A stretch of DNA of 63,983 nucleotides, filler included, from Olpidium bornovanus S191 (taxonomy: Eukaryota; Fungi; Olpidiomycota), in NCBI GenBank assembly GCA_017911155.1. It is 27 parts of 27 records of this genome, joined end to end, with 100 filler letters (N's around TTAATTAATTAA, not from the genome) between each part and the next. Parts side by side here need not be neighbours in the genome. Positions count along the whole stretch, not along the records: positions 1 to 6,058 come from JAEFCI010000287.1; positions 6,159 to 8,052 come from JAEFCI010006441.1; positions 8,153 to 9,489 come from JAEFCI010004631.1; positions 9,590 to 10,649 come from JAEFCI010008395.1; positions 10,750 to 12,586 come from JAEFCI010009960.1; positions 12,687 to 15,117 come from JAEFCI010006867.1; 21 more parts are not named here. The stretch is one strand, 5' to 3'. Both the position numbers and the translations under genes were made by a program. Below the pieces are notes generated by a model that saw only the letters and a list, made by a program, of their open reading frames with translations, was not told the DNA's origin and searched no databases. Shown piece by piece: positions 1-13,039 of the stretch (its first letter is position 1; the number at the start of each line of letters is the position of its first letter).

Positions 1-1
1 C

Positions 2-91
2 ATGCCCTACGCCCAAAACCTCGAGACCCTGGCCCTCCCGACCCCCGCGGTCATCGAGAAGGCCGCCAAGCGCGCGTGCTACAGGGAGTAG
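2..91 (+). CDS. PDB1: Pyruvate dehydrogenase E1 beta subunit, C-terminal end (5' truncated)
   Basis: Translates MPYAQNLETLALPTPAVIEKAAKRACYRE*, matching the conserved E1-beta C-terminus (P-M-P-Y-A-x-N-L-E-x-x-A-L-P...KRACYR). Confidence 0.85.
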   Translation: MPYAQNLETLALPTPAVIEKAAKRACYRE

Positions 92-2187
92 AAAGAACGG
101 ACGGAGGGCGGGAACCAAGAAGAAAAAAGAAAAAAATAAAGAAAAAAAAAAGAAAAGCAATAAAAAAAATAAAAGCAATAAGACATCATCGAAAGAGGAG
201 GGGAAAAATTCGCGGGCGCGCGACATTATTACGGCAACCCGCCCACCACGGTCCCGACGAGACGCACTACGCGCGAGTAAACACAAAAAAAAATCACTCC
301 CTAAACTTTTTTTTTCCCTCTCGATCTCTCTCTCTTTCCTCCCCCCCCCCCCCCCCCCCGTCAATTATTACCAGCGCGACGATTTGATCTTTATCTTGTT
401 ATCTCTCCCCACCCGCCACCTTCCATTTGCACGTTCTTTCTTCCGAAAACCGGCCCACTTGTTCCCCCTCCCCTGCCGCATTTTTTTTCTTTTTTTGCGA
501 AGACGCCGGAAAAAGTGTTTTTCGTTTTGACTTAAAGAAAATAAAAAAAAATGAACACGAAGTTTCCGCAATCTGGATTTTGGTCCGCGGGGGAGTTTTG
601 GACGCGCGTGGGCGCCGTAAAAGACCCCGAGGCCTGGGGACGGCTTGCGCCGATCGCAGCCCCCAAGAATCTCGCGCGCGGGGCTGCGAGCGGCGCGGCG
701 CGGAACGGGCCTGGGACAAAAAAAAAACAATCTGAAAACCGGGAGAATCCAACCCGCCTCTGGCAACCGACCCGCTTTCGCGACGGTTTTCTCTGAACCC
801 CTTCCCCCGCCTTCACCATCTTCCCCCCACCCGCCAACGCTCTCACGACGTGCTTTTTGCTCCACACGCTCTGGGCGTCGCTCACGAATTTCTCCAGCGC
901 CTTGAATTGGAGTGCGACTGCAAGCGCCGTCGTCTGCGCACTCTGTTGAACGGGCCGAATCAACAGCAACTCGCAAAATGGCTCTCTCCGGTCGATGGGG
1001 AGCGGCGGGAGAGAAAGAGAAAAAAAAGGGGGGGGGTATCCCTGACCGAGCGGTTCCGGCATTAGAGCGCCGCGCGCGAAAGCCGATTAATAAAGAGAGG
1101 CCCGCCGCCAGTCCTCGTCCCGCGATGCGATTGATCGCCCGGGAGGGCGTGGGGAGGGAAGGGACCCCCCGCGGTCGGGTTGACTGCGTGCGGCGTGAAG
1201 AGTCTCACAATCTGTAGTGGTGGGAAAGGGGAATCTGCGCCGGTTGGAAACCCACCCCTTACCCACCCAGCCCTCCCCAGCTCCCGCCCATCTGGGGCCT
1301 CACCGGTGAGCGTGGGGCCGTCTGCCCGTCTACGGCCCATCACACGCTGTCCACCTAAAGCTGCAACTGGACATTTTCGTAGGATTCCGAGGTCTTTGAG
1401 AGAGGGAATGCCTGCGCGCGTGTGCGCGGGTTTCGGGCGACCGGCCAGCGAAACCGACCGCTGTGTTTATTACGGGCCGGGCGGCGGGTGAACACTGAGT
1501 GGACCTCTTTGCGTCCCGGTTTATGCCCACGACCCAGACGTTTTCTCTCTCTCTCCCACGCCTCCAGCGCTGTCGGGTTTGCCCGCCCTTTTGATTTGGC
1601 GGGCGTTTTTATTTCGGAATGCGCCCGACGGAGTGGCGCACCTCAACGGCTCCCGGGTGGAAGCCCCGCGCTGCGCGCTTCCCGATGGAGTCGCCTCTGG
1701 TGGAACCCTGCCAGTGTCAGCATCGACCCTTTCTTTACGCTCTCGTCCCGAATCCTTTTGTGCCCATCCGCCATTTCGAAGTTTGATACGTTGCCGTTGG
1801 CCGGGATGCTGAACGTTGCAGCATCTTTCGTTAGGTGGCCTGCGTGACTAATTAGGGACTTGCGTAGGTGATTACCGCTTCTGCCGTCACGGAAACCGCG
1901 GCGCCCACGCCCACACCGACACGACCCAAGCGAGTCACGGGATCACGTCGCGAGCGGACGGCAAACCAGGAGAACTGACGACAAGCGACTGAGAAGAGCG
2001 AGCCGCCGAGACAACCCACAAGCGGGTTGAAGGAACCCAGGACAAAAAGCCATTTGAACACGGAACCGCACGCGGAGACTGCTTAACGATAAGGGAAAAC
2101 GTTCGCGGCTCAGGTCGCGAGCAAACGGCAGTTTTCCAGGGCTTCGTTCCTCGGTCGCCAGCAACAGGGAAGCGTGTGTTTCCGCAA

Positions 2188-3348
2188 TTAGAGGGCGGTC
2201 CCTCGTTCCAAATTGTCCCGTATCTCCTTTGTCGCTTTGTCTGGTACGCGGGAAAAAAGAGACGCAGTCAGCAGGAGTCGCTGCCAGACAGGCCCACCAA
2301 AGCATCAGGGTGGCGACCCGGCCTCCTGTCGGATGACCCACCGTAAGCTCGCGCGATCTTCTTGTTGAACCGCGCGTTGCGTTCGTTGATGTACGTGATG
2401 TCCTCGTCCTCGTTGTGTGTCCGCCTGCGGGAGTTCGCGGCTCGTTTCGCCAACCTGGAGCCGAACCGTAAGAAACCGTGAGAATATGCCGACCGCGGCG
2501 GCACAAGCCGCCAGACGGCAGTACCCGAAGCACAGAGGCACTCAACTGTTCAACTTGCCACTGCGACAGCCTCTCTGCAGCTTCTTTGCTGACCTTGTCC
2601 TCACCGCCATACGAGAGGGAGTTAGCGTCACGGTACAGCAGCTCCGACAACTCGGCGGAACCGGGAGCGCCCGAGCTTTCCAATTCCTCTATGGCGGCTT
2701 TCGCCTCGTTGTAGGCGGTGATATTGGGCTTCAGCTCGCCCACCAGTTTCTTGTATTTCTTATGGGCGACCTGGTTGTAGTCTGGCGCCAAGCGACGGTG
2801 AAGGTCAGCCCGTCCGGGACAAAACAAGACGCATTACCGGCCCGCCCCTCGCGAAGACAAAATAGAAAAAACCCCGTGAACTCTAACCAGTGAAGACGTT
2901 GTCGGCTTGCTTGAGCTTCTTCTGCTGAGCCTTCTCCCACCGCTCCGCGTCCTCGGCCGAGTAGTTCCAGTACCGCTTCCGCTGGTAATCTTCCCCGCGC
3001 TCCTCCGCCTGCTTCCTCTCCAGTAGCTTTTCTGCGCGCGCCCTCTTCTGCTCGTACCGAGCCTGCTCCCGCGGGTTCGCCTTCCGCCTCGCATCCTCGG
3101 CGACGACGTCGGCGCGGTTGTCTTTGGACGCTTGGGCCTGGAACACGAAAGCCGGGGGGCGAGCCGCCGTCTCAGAAGAGGCCGGGCGCGGCAATCGAAC
3201 CGTGAAAAATGAAACAAAGGGGGGGCGTCGCTGGGACATAAAAAAACGAGGCAAGCCCGCACCCCCTCACCAGCCGCGCTTTCAGTCGCTGCAGCTGGGC
3301 AGAATGCTCTGAGGTTTCCGCAGAGGGCGAAGGAGCAGAAGTGGCCAT
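2188..3348 (-). CDS. SYF2: Pre-mRNA splicing factor SYF2 (5 exons)
   Basis: Exons with GT-AG junctions give MATSAPSPS...RLKARL / AQASKDNRADVVAEDARRK...EDYQRKRYWNYSAEDAERWEK / DYNQVAHKKYKKLV...LYRDANSLSYG / RRRTHNEDEDITYINERNARFNKKIARAY / DKATKEIRDNLERGTAL*. DITYINERNARFNKK and NLERGTAL are SYF2 hallmarks. Confidence 0.93.
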
Positions 3349-3386
3349 GGCGAGTCTTGCGAAATCCGCCGCTGGCGTTTTCTCTT

Positions 3387-3442
<56 letters not shown>

Positions 3443-4053
3443 CATGCACCGCAAAGGGTTTTTGTGGCCCCTTTGCTTTTTCCCGGACGCTGTGCGCGAG
3501 GAGCGGACGCCGGCTTATTTTCAGATCCAGGGAACAGCAGCCGGCTTCGTGAAAAAGACGACTACTGCATTAGGCCCCCACCCCACCCCCTCTCTCCCCC
3601 TCACCGCAGCACCCCGTGCGGTCGAAAATTGCCGCGGGTTTTGGTCTCGCGTGCGACCCCAAGTCGTTTTTTTATTTTTTCTTCCTGAATTTTTTTTTTA
3701 ACCGGAGCATTTTCAGACCTGCGTGTTTTGTATGTGTGGTGGTGGGCGGCGGCGGTGGTCGGTTGGTCGGTCGGTCGGTCGGTTTGTGGGGGTGGACGAG
3801 TGCAAATGCAAGAGGCCAACGTACGTACAGTATGCCAAAAAAGAAAAAACGATTTCTGTCAAAAGAGGAAACAGAAAATGGAGCGAACTGGGACGCGTGG
3901 AAAAAAAAAAATCTGCAAATGAAATAGGAGTGCACTGCTTTTTTTTTTTTTCTTTTTTTGCTGAAGCCGAAATATTGCCTCGGTACGGTCGACAGACGAC
4001 CTCCGTCCGCCAACTTTTCTGGGATGGCTGCAACCTGGTACTTTTCCTCCACA

Positions 4054-5995
4054 TCAGTCGCGGCCAGGGACTTCCTGGTAGCCGGCGCGCTGCCTGCGGA
4101 CCTGCAGGTAGCGCCACAGGCCAAAGCCCGCGGAGATGAGGCCGAGGACTCCGAGGACGATGAGGGATATCCAGTACCAGGCGAGGCCGTGGTGAACGGG
4201 GATCGTGAAGAACCGGTCAATCTGATCGGATAAAATGTCGCTCCGTCAGACGCACCCAGCAGCGTGTGCTTCACCGCAAATACGTTGCACCTCGGTCCTA
4301 CCTCGTACAGGTCACCGTTGCGGGCCTCGCCGCGACGCCCAACGTGGGCCCGCCCGAGGTCATCACCGTGAATTGCGCTGCCCCTCTTGTCGGACATCTC
4401 CAGCTCCCACTTGTCGTCGCCCGTAGAGTGCACCTTGAACCAAACGTCCGGGCACATGGTTTCCCATACCGCACCGTCGGCGATTTCCGGGCGTCCGCGG
4501 ACGAAATACATTCTCATGCTGCACGTGATGCGCGCTGGATCGCGGCCGAGCTCCCCGATGTCGACAGATGCGAAGGCGCTTTCGTTAGGGACGAGCAGGG
4601 TGAAGGGCTCGTTGTTTGAAGAGTCGAGCGCCGGAACTTCGGGGTCGGCAGAGAGGTACTCAGACAGCAGGTGGTCGAACGTCGGCATTTTCAAGCCGTC
4701 GAGGAGGTTGCGGACGGTGATGCTGATGTCCGGAAGGAGAACGCGGTCGATCACAAACATGTTACCATTGGACGTGGGTCGGTTGCGCGGACGCGGGGAC
4801 TGGAAGCGAGCCTCGTGCCGCTGGCTGCCGTGCAACCCCAGGTCGTCTCCGTTCTGGCCGACAGTCACAGTTATGTTTTGCCCCACGAGTGTCGGCATCA
4901 TCAGCTCATTCTGATTCTTGCCCGGTTGGGGAAACTCGCTCGAGTAGACGATCTGAGTAGCAATGTGGTACTGCAAGACAGCCGCAAGTTTCTTCTCGCT
5001 TTCGGGAAGAAGTAAGTACGACATGAGCGCGCTGTTCTTCAAGAACGCCTGGTTGGAAGGGACGAAGATGGTCGTGCCCTGCTGCTCTCGGACGGTATGG
5101 GCAAGCTGCGCGGTGTGTACGGCCGTCGCAAAGGTAGAAAGATCGAGATCGTTGACAATTGCCTGCAGGCTGCATAAAACGAAAAGAAAAGAATAAGTAA
5201 AAGAAAAAGATAAAAAAAAAAGATATTTCAGCCGTAACCTGTGAATCATGACGACAAAGTCAGGAAACGCACGGGTCGACAGGAAGTTCGAGCAAGTGAG
5301 ACAAAGTGTAGATTACGACGCCGTCCGCAATAACTACGACCCAAAGAAAGTGTTTAGCACCTTTAGTCGCGCGCTGTGCTCCCAGTACATTGTATCACGC
5401 GTACCTGGATCGCCCATGATTTTCGCGTCGTTAATGAAAACTTCCCGTTCCCCGTTATTGTCCAGAACCATGACTTGCACAACTTGATTTTCGTCTCGGA
5501 GACGGTCTGACTTCAGGGCGGTGCGGAGTAAGTCGTTGTCCTGGAGACTGTCGGATTCGTGGAGTCCAGGGACGATGTGGTACAGCATTTGACCCATCGG
5601 GCGCGACGAATGCTCGAGGGCCTCGTTCGGTACCGTTAAAATGGTGAGCGGAGAAGTCGACTTGCGCTTCGTAAGAAAGTCCGAGAGCCCAGCGTCCACG
5701 AGGAGATCGACGAACTTGGTGCGGCCCGTGGCAATCAAATATTTCATCGTATCCATCTTAAACGACGAAGGGAGGAAAAGTCGAGGAATAACGTGGACGG
5801 CACCTGATGACGACCATGACATGTCAACGCGGTAGGCGGGGCTCGAACGGACGCAGCGCTAACGTAACGACCGACCTACCGTTTGAAGCGATTATGTCGA
5901 CATTTTGAATGGCAACACGGTCGTAGGTGACTTCACCGCCATTCTTGGGTTTCGTCAGCTCATGCGTACCCTCCGCCATGGCGCGAACTTTGCCC
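4054..5995 (-). CDS. Multi-FAS1 (fasciclin) domain single-pass membrane protein, 5' truncated
   Basis: Repeated FAS1 motifs: DIIASNG/AVHVIPRLFLP, TILTVPNEAL...LYHIV, TIFVPSNQAF...LQYHI...SNGNMFVIDRVLLP, FTLLVPNESAF. The last exon gives a transmembrane helix (AWYWISLIVLGVLGLISAGFGLW) and the tail RYLQVRRQRAGYQEVPGRD*. Confidence 0.85.
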
Positions 5996-6158
5996 GTTGA
6001 AAAGGCCAGTGAGAAGCGATGTAGTCCCACTCTCTCTTCCCCTCCCCCCTTTCCCCCCNNNNNNNNNNNNNNNNNNNNNNNNNNNNNNNNNNNNNNNNNN
6101 NNTTAATTAATTAANNNNNNNNNNNNNNNNNNNNNNNNNNNNNNNNNNNNNNNNNNNN

Positions 6159-7457
6159 ACGCTGGAACTCTTTGTAGGGGTTCAGGTACGTGTTCCAGTA
6201 GTCCAAACCGGTGACGTAGCCGATTGAAACAAGGTTTTGGTCGAAGTGGTAGACGAACGACCCGCCCCACGTGTGCATGTCCATGGGGGACCCCACCGAG
6301 TGAATGGCGGTGCCGCTGCGAAACTTCTCTGGTTTGATCTCCCACACCTCCTTGATCCCGATCCCGTACGTCTGGTGAGAACGGCCCTCACGCAAGTTGT
6401 ACTTTTTCACGAGCGTCTTCGTGAGCGAGCCGTGGCAGCCTTCGGCGAACAGGACAATCTTGCCGCGGATTTCCATTCCCCTCTCGTAATTGGGTTTCGG
6501 CTTGCCGTCCTTGCCGATCCCGACGTCGTTCGTTGCCACGCCGCGGACGGAGCCGTCCTCGTTGTAGAGCACCTCCGCGCCCGCGATGCCCGGGTACACC
6601 TCTACGCCGGCCTCCTCCGCCTGCTCGCCGAGCCACCTGACGAAGTTGGAGAGGGAGATGATGTAATTGCCTTCGTTGTTCATTTCTGGAGGATGGAAGA
6701 TGTGTGGCAGGGGGATCGCGAGAGACTCGGTGAGGATGTGGAACTCGTCGTTGACGGCGGGGGTGTTCAGCGGAGCCCCTTTCTCCTTCCAGTCGGGAAT
6801 GAGCTCGATCAGCGCGCGAGGCTCCACGACGGCGCCTGAGAGAATATGTGCGCCTGCAGACACGATAAAAGCCGTCAGCCGTCGTCAGCAGGCAATCCAG
6901 TTGGAAAAATGCGGGTTGTCTCCGTGGTACGAGGGAGCACCCAAAACACGAAACCGGCGTCCGTCCCCAGCCGCCCGTCTCCTAAACGGCAGGATGTGCT
7001 GACCGACTTCGCCGGCCTTTTCGATGACGAAGACCCTGAGCTCTTTGCCCTCAGCTTCGGCGAGCTGTTTCAGCCTGATAGCCGCGGCGAGGCCCGAGGG
7101 GCCGGCGCCGACTATGACGACGTCGGCTTCTTCGACGGCGCGCTCCGCATTGCGTGGATCCTCTTCGGCGGCGGCTGCGAGCCGCGTGCTGGAGCTGAAC
7201 AATCGCGCGAAGACGGCGGTGGCCGACGGCGGCCTGGCGGCAAAGGCAGCCGCGGAAAAGCTTTTCCGGACAGTGGCGGGAGCGGCGGCCGTCCCCGCGG
7301 TGGCTGCGCCGGAAAGGCGCCCGGCGGAGGGCTTAGCAGACCGACGCGGAACCGACTTCGCGGACAGCGGCGAAGGGCAGCGGCACGCCCCCGGCAACGT
7401 CCGCAGCGGGCAGCGGACGGGCGGCCCGGCGGCGGCAAGGCGAGCTCCCAAGAGCAT
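6159..7457 (-). CDS. CIR2: Electron transfer flavoprotein-ubiquinone oxidoreductase (ETF-QO/ETFDH), 3' truncated
   Basis: Arg/Ala-rich presequence, then [20 protein letters not shown] (FAD-binding GxGxxG), [46 protein letters not shown] and [17 protein letters not shown]. One GT-AG intron. Confidence 0.95.
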
Positions 7458-8960
7458 GGCGGAGAGCGCGGGGAACAAGCAGCAGCGCCGCACGCTGTGG
7501 GGCAAGACGTGGTGAACGGGCGAGGGCCTTTTTTTTTTTTTTTTTTTTTGAGAAATCTAGCCCCCCCCCCCCCGCCCCCTTTCCCCCACACTTGCTTTTC
7601 CCACTGTCCCCGCTCTCGCTCCTGCCGCCGTCGCCGCCGCTCTCCACGCTTGAACCAGGCATGGAGAAAGCCGCTGTCGGCGCGGCGATGCTTGGACCCT
7701 GGTTGGAGTTGGTAGAAGCTGCTCCGGCTGTGCTTCCACATGGCTAGCAGCAGAACATCGTAAGTGCAACGGTTCGCGCACAAAAGTACGTGAAACAGCG
7801 ATGACGACTGCTTGCGGTGTTTGCCATCATCAGGGCCGCTGGCATTTGCTGTCACCAGACGTGAACTGGCCACAGAAGATGCTTTGTTATGGCAGGCCAA
7901 ATCCGACGGTGACAATTCCAGCGGTTGTACGCATGCAACCCAGCTAAAGTGCGTACGCCTGGCTGTAACTGTTTCAGCAACGGTGCAGCTCATTTGCCTT
8001 GTGTTTAGGTGGCCAGCAAGCGGCACGCGCGCCGTTGGCGATCAGTTTGATGNNNNNNNNNNNNNNNNNNNNNNNNNNNNNNNNNNNNNNNNNNNNTTAA
8101 TTAATTAANNNNNNNNNNNNNNNNNNNNNNNNNNNNNNNNNNNNNNNNNNNNCCATGCCACCGAGCTTCCCGTTATCGGGGGCCAGGCATCGCGTTCCGA
8201 AGGCGTGGCCGCTCCCCGCGCCGGAAGACCGCGCGCACTCGCGGCCCGCGGGCGGCGTCGCCGGTCGCAAAGCGCCCGGGTCGCGCGTGTGCCGAGAATT
8301 GCGCCCCGGGTGCCGGATTGCGGCGGGGCCGAACCGCCGAAACTGCCGACGCGCGGCCGCTGCGCCGCCGCCGACCGCGACAGGCGGAACGCGGCAGGCG
8401 GCCTGAAGAAACGGGCCTGGCGGCGGACGGCGCCGCATTTCCCAGCGGAGGCGGGGGCGCCTGCAGGCCGGCCAGGTTTCGGCAGCCTGCCCCGCAGCGA
8501 GTCGTTCCTCTTGGAGGGCGTTCGTGGTTGTTTTATTCTTTGATTGCGCTTTTTTGGGTTCGGTTTTGCTTTTTTTGTTCCTTTTTTATTTTTTTCTTTT
8601 GTTTTATTTTGTCTGTTGGAGTATTTTTGGAAGCTTTCGACCCGGCGGGTGTAGCGGAAGCGAGAGCACGGACGCCCCCGCCAACGGCACGTCACGTGAC
8701 CGCTCCATCCGGTTTGCCGCAACCGACAAGCACAGTTGCCAGCCGGGAGGCGAAATCCGGCGGAGGCACAGGGATGTTCTGGCAACTGCCATTCGGACGA
8801 ACGGAATCTGCCCTCTTCCCCCGACGAGGCCCTTTCCCGCGACTCCCGCCACCCCCGCTTCGCCGCTGCCAGGGCGAGGTGAATGATTGCATTGTCCGAG
8901 GAGCTGCGGAGAAGGCAAAAAACCGGAGCGGTTTCCGGGGGAAGGAAGCGGGGAGGAGGA

Positions 8961-8997
<37 letters not shown>

Positions 8998-9443
8998 CGG
9001 GGGGTGAGGGGCGAAGGGGGTGGGAAGGTTGGGGGGCGGAATCCTCTTCCGTTTGTCCGCGTTTTGCGACAGACGTCTCCTAGCACGGCACAACGATGTC
9101 GTCTAAATGAACAACGATGTCGTCCAAATAAACGGGAAGAGGAAGTAAAAGAATGTTCCGAAGGGCGACGTGGGAGGCGACCGAGCTTCGGGACGGAGAA
9201 GCAAAGTCTTTTTCTTTCCTTTAATTTGGTTGTTGAGGGGGGGTGTTCGCTGCACTGCCTGTAGGTCGGCGGTGCCGGTAGTGGTGTAGTACCGACGACA
9301 TAAACGATTGGGGGCATGGGCACGCCACTACCGAGGGCCACCAGTACCAGCAATTTTGTCTTTAGCTGCCTGGTCAGGTGAAGACCGGGACACTTCGCTG
9401 CAGTCGATGCAGAAATCGTAAACAAACAGGTGTTGCCCTCCCG

Positions 9444-9475
<32 letters not shown>

Positions 9476-10749
9476 CGGAAAAAGCCCGCNNNNNNNNNNN
9501 NNNNNNNNNNNNNNNNNNNNNNNNNNNNNNNNNTTAATTAATTAANNNNNNNNNNNNNNNNNNNNNNNNNNNNNNNNNNNNNNNNNNNNGTGACTTTCGA
9601 GGCTGGCCGCTCATCGGGTAGAGGCGAGGAGAACCGGCACAACGCCACCTTCCGCCACCACGCCCTTTTCTTTTTTCGGCGGCCGCAAAATAACAAAATT
9701 TGCCACCATGCATCGCGCAACGCCCTCTCCCCCCATTTTTTTTTTCCTTCCGTCCTTCTATCTTTCTTTCCTTTCAAGCTGCCAAAAGAGGCCTTTGAAA
9801 CGAGCCAAGAACGGGCTTGGTCCGCCCTGCCGCCTATTTGCCAAAGAAAGATCAACCGTGTGAGCGCATGTGAGACACTGCCCTGAGCTTGCAGGCAGCG
9901 CCACAGACAGGACGGGACAGAAGGTAGGGAGGCAAGAACTTTGTTAGCTGCCTGCAAAAAAACATCAAGTCAATAGGTTTCCTGGGGCCTGAAGTAGGCC
10001 ACTTGTTGTCAGCAGTGTGAAGGCCCGATATCACATAATCTGTTGCTCCTCCGTTAAAGCAAATCCACTTTTTTCTTCCTGAAAATTGGCCCAGACGTGT
10101 CGTTCATCGCCTGGAAAAGCCAAAAGCTATTCCCTGGAAAGTCTCTGAGTTATTTCCTAGAATCACTACTCGTGATTCAGGTTTCAGATTAAACCTAAAG
10201 CAAGCCCACCTAGTAAAAAGGCAAGTTTCTTGGCCGCCCCGTTTTCTTCCTGAAACTTGCTCTAAACTTCATTTACCTCCTCCTTCTCCTGGACTTGGTT
10301 TCCTTACCTTCCTGTCTCCTTCTCCTGAAGTCACAAGTTCGGCTTCTGTTTTTTGGCCTGATCATCTGTCCTGGCAGAACATTGCTGTCTGGGTGTTGTG
10401 TCTGGTGGGGGGGTGCGTCGGGCGGTGTGGGCGTTCTGGGTTGGAATTGGGGGGTCTTTCGTTTTGTGGGGCCTACGGGTGTCCAATTCGGAATTTTACG
10501 GACCCTTTCCCCCCCGGAAATCGTCTGACATGCGCTAAGTCTACAAGCTGTTTTCATAATTCGGTGCCCGCGCCGTTCGGCGTCGGCGTTTCGCCGATCC
10601 GTCCACGCGCGCGCCCTGCCAGAACTTCAAGCAGGAAGCAGAGCTTGCANNNNNNNNNNNNNNNNNNNNNNNNNNNNNNNNNNNNNNNNNNNNTTAATTA
10701 ATTAANNNNNNNNNNNNNNNNNNNNNNNNNNNNNNNNNNNNNNNNNNNN

Positions 10750-12223
10750 CACCCGGCGGCGGTGTCTCCTTCAACGACTCGACCACTATGAGCTGGTTCT
10801 GGATGAACTTCGCCGTCAACGCGGCCCGGAGGGCAAGGCACTGGCTCTTGAGGCTGAGTTTGGTAGCATGCTCGCTGGGCCAAAGGTTATGGGCGTGTCC
10901 GCCTGAGTAACGCAACACGAAGAGTTACGTCATGCCGGGCGGCCGCGAGGGTAAAAAGCCCCGCACCAAAATAACCCCCCTTATTGGCAACCAGTATGGC
11001 ACCGGGGCGCAAAACCCGGCAGGGACCTCAAAGCTAACAGTACCTTTCCTGAATGTGGGTGCCTTTCTGTTTCCCACTCGCGCCGTTCCCATGCCCTTCT
11101 GGGCCCTAATTTTTCTATTGGAGCCGCGGACAGTGGTCCTGTGCTTCGTCTGGGTTGTACCCTGGCGGCGCATATTCGCCTGCCAGACAACGGCGCTGTG
11201 AATGAGATCCCTGCGCAGAGGAGTTGAGGCAATGGCTTTCCGCGGCACCGAGTGGAAGGCGACGGGTCTAAAAGACGGAAAGGCGCGAACAAACGTCTCG
11301 ACGTGCGAGGCCAACGGGGAGACGGCTGCCAAATAAAAAAATAGCGCGGCGAATGACGGGAAAGTTGGGCGGAAAGACAGGTGACGCGCGCAATTAACAA
11401 AAAGCGAGCGGACTGCGTCAAAAAGCTGCAATCTGACCTCCCGCAAGGCAATTCACGGGATTCCAGCGAAGGAGCGACAACGCCGGCGAAGCGGCACTGG
11501 TCCCGAAAACCCGGCCCCCCAACGCAGCTCGCGAACTTCAACCAAGATCGCGCATGTTCGTACCCTTGAGGCTCCGTACAACACCGGGTTGCGGCGCGGG
11601 AAACGCCGGCTCCGGCACGTACGGCCGTGAGGGGTCGTCCCTAGACGGCGGCATGTACGTCGAGGAGTCGATGGGGAGATGCGCCGGGTTCGGCACTGTG
11701 GTGCACAAATGTCTGGTTGGCGCGCGGAAACTCTCGCGCGAGGGTGCCGCGGGCTAGACAGGGCCGGAGAGAGGGAGAAGGGGAACGGGGGAGGAGGGGG
11801 AGGAACGCGCAGCGGGCGAGGCGCCCGACGGACGAGGGAAAAAGAAAAAGGGTTCCGCGCCCGGAAGGGGGGGGAAAAGGCCGAGCCGGTCGCGTGGGAA
11901 AAAAAAAACCGGTTCGGCCGGCATTTTGGTTACAAGCGGAGAGAACGCATCAGCAAGCCGCTCGCCGGAAACCAGAAAACAAGAACAAAAAAAAGAAAGC
12001 CGCCCGCTGTTTTGCGCAAACCGGGGATTTTTTTTTTTTTTCTCTTCAAGAGGTTGGGGGACGGTCTCGCCGGGGCCGTCCACTCCGACAGTCCTCCTAC
12101 CTCCGACGGGCGCCGCCGCGGGCCGGCAGAAGCGCGAGGCGGCCGCGCTCTTCTGAGGAGCGTGGCGACGACGCCGCCGACGGCGGCGCGCAGCGCCGGG
12201 CCGGCTGTCCGGGGCTGGCGCAT
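10750..12223 (-). CDS. YML6: Mitochondrial ribosomal protein uL4m (YmL6/MRPL4), spliced, 3' truncated; start tentative
   Basis: LRRDLIHSAVVWQANMRRQGTTQTKHRTTVRGSNRKIRAQKGMGTARVGNRKAPTFRKG / GGHAHNLWPSEHATKL...ALRAALTAKFIQNQLIVV is the L4 signature. A candidate Arg-rich presequence exon MRQPRTAGPALRAAV starts at 12223. Confidence 0.88.
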
Positions 12224-12504
12224 CACGGCGCGAGGGGGGGTTTTTTTTTTCCTCTCCCCGCGCGCTCCTTCCTTTGCCGACGGGTTCCGACGGAGAACGG
12301 GGCGCGCGCGCGCGCGCGGGGCGGACGCAGCGAGCGGGCGGCTGCGCTTCCTTGGGGGCGGCGGGGAGGAGGACGGGGGCCCGTGAGTCGTCGTCGGCCG
12401 AGTGCGGGCGCGGGCGTCTCGCGCGGGTGCCGGGCGTTTTGGGCGCGCGCGCGCGGGCGGGCGGGGGAGGGGGACGAGCGTGGCGGGACTCGGTGGGATG
12501 GGGG

Positions 12505-12552
<48 letters not shown>

Positions 12553-12779
12553 ACACACCCCCCCCCCCCCCCCGCCCCGCGCCGCCNNNNNNNNNNNNNN
12601 NNNNNNNNNNNNNNNNNNNNNNNNNNNNNNTTAATTAATTAANNNNNNNNNNNNNNNNNNNNNNNNNNNNNNNNNNNNNNNNNNNNCATGCGCCGGAGCC
12701 AAAACTCCCAGAATTTATTTTCTCAATGAGTAAAAAGTTTCTGGGGTAAACTGGGTGAATTGAGATGCATTGGGTAGGG

Positions 12780-13039
12780 TTATCAAACAAACAAAAGGAA
12801 CCCCCTCCTTCAGATTATTAGAAATGGGGGTATGACTGATAGAACTTAGTCTTATGGTCCCTGTGGATGTGGGAAAAATCAGCCCTTGCTGGGTAGGATC
12901 TTTCCCACAAATCCAGGTACATTGGAATGCTTCCATATCCAACGAGCAAAAAGAACGTCAGGTTTGGACAGTTGTTCTCCGAGTTATGCCTGATGGAACA
13001 TCTTCCCGTGCTCTCTGTAGCAGCAGGAGGAAGAACTGA
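12780..13039 (+). mobile_element. Possible decayed Ty3/gypsy integrase C-terminal (GPY/F-like) remnant
   Basis: AT-richer, stop-interrupted frame V*LIELSLMVPVDVGKISPCWVGSFPQIQVHWNAS resembles the K-L-x-P-x-W-x-G-P-F-x-I GPY/F module. Weak. Confidence 0.3.

Noticed and set aside
847-975. Possible minus-strand exon ELLLIRPVQQSAQTTALAVALQFKALEKFVSDAQSVWSKKH
   Set aside because: GC3-rich and plausible, but I could not recognise a family or build a gene model, so it is not listed as a feature.
6103-6114. TTAATTAATTAA repeated 26 times as a biological repeat or CRISPR-like array
   Set aside because: It is always centred in exactly 44+44 N and is a six-frame stop linker, so it is an assembly artefact.
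8153-10649. ORFs in contigs 3 and 4
   Set aside because: Low-complexity GC-rich or UTR-like sequence with no supportable product or repeat family.
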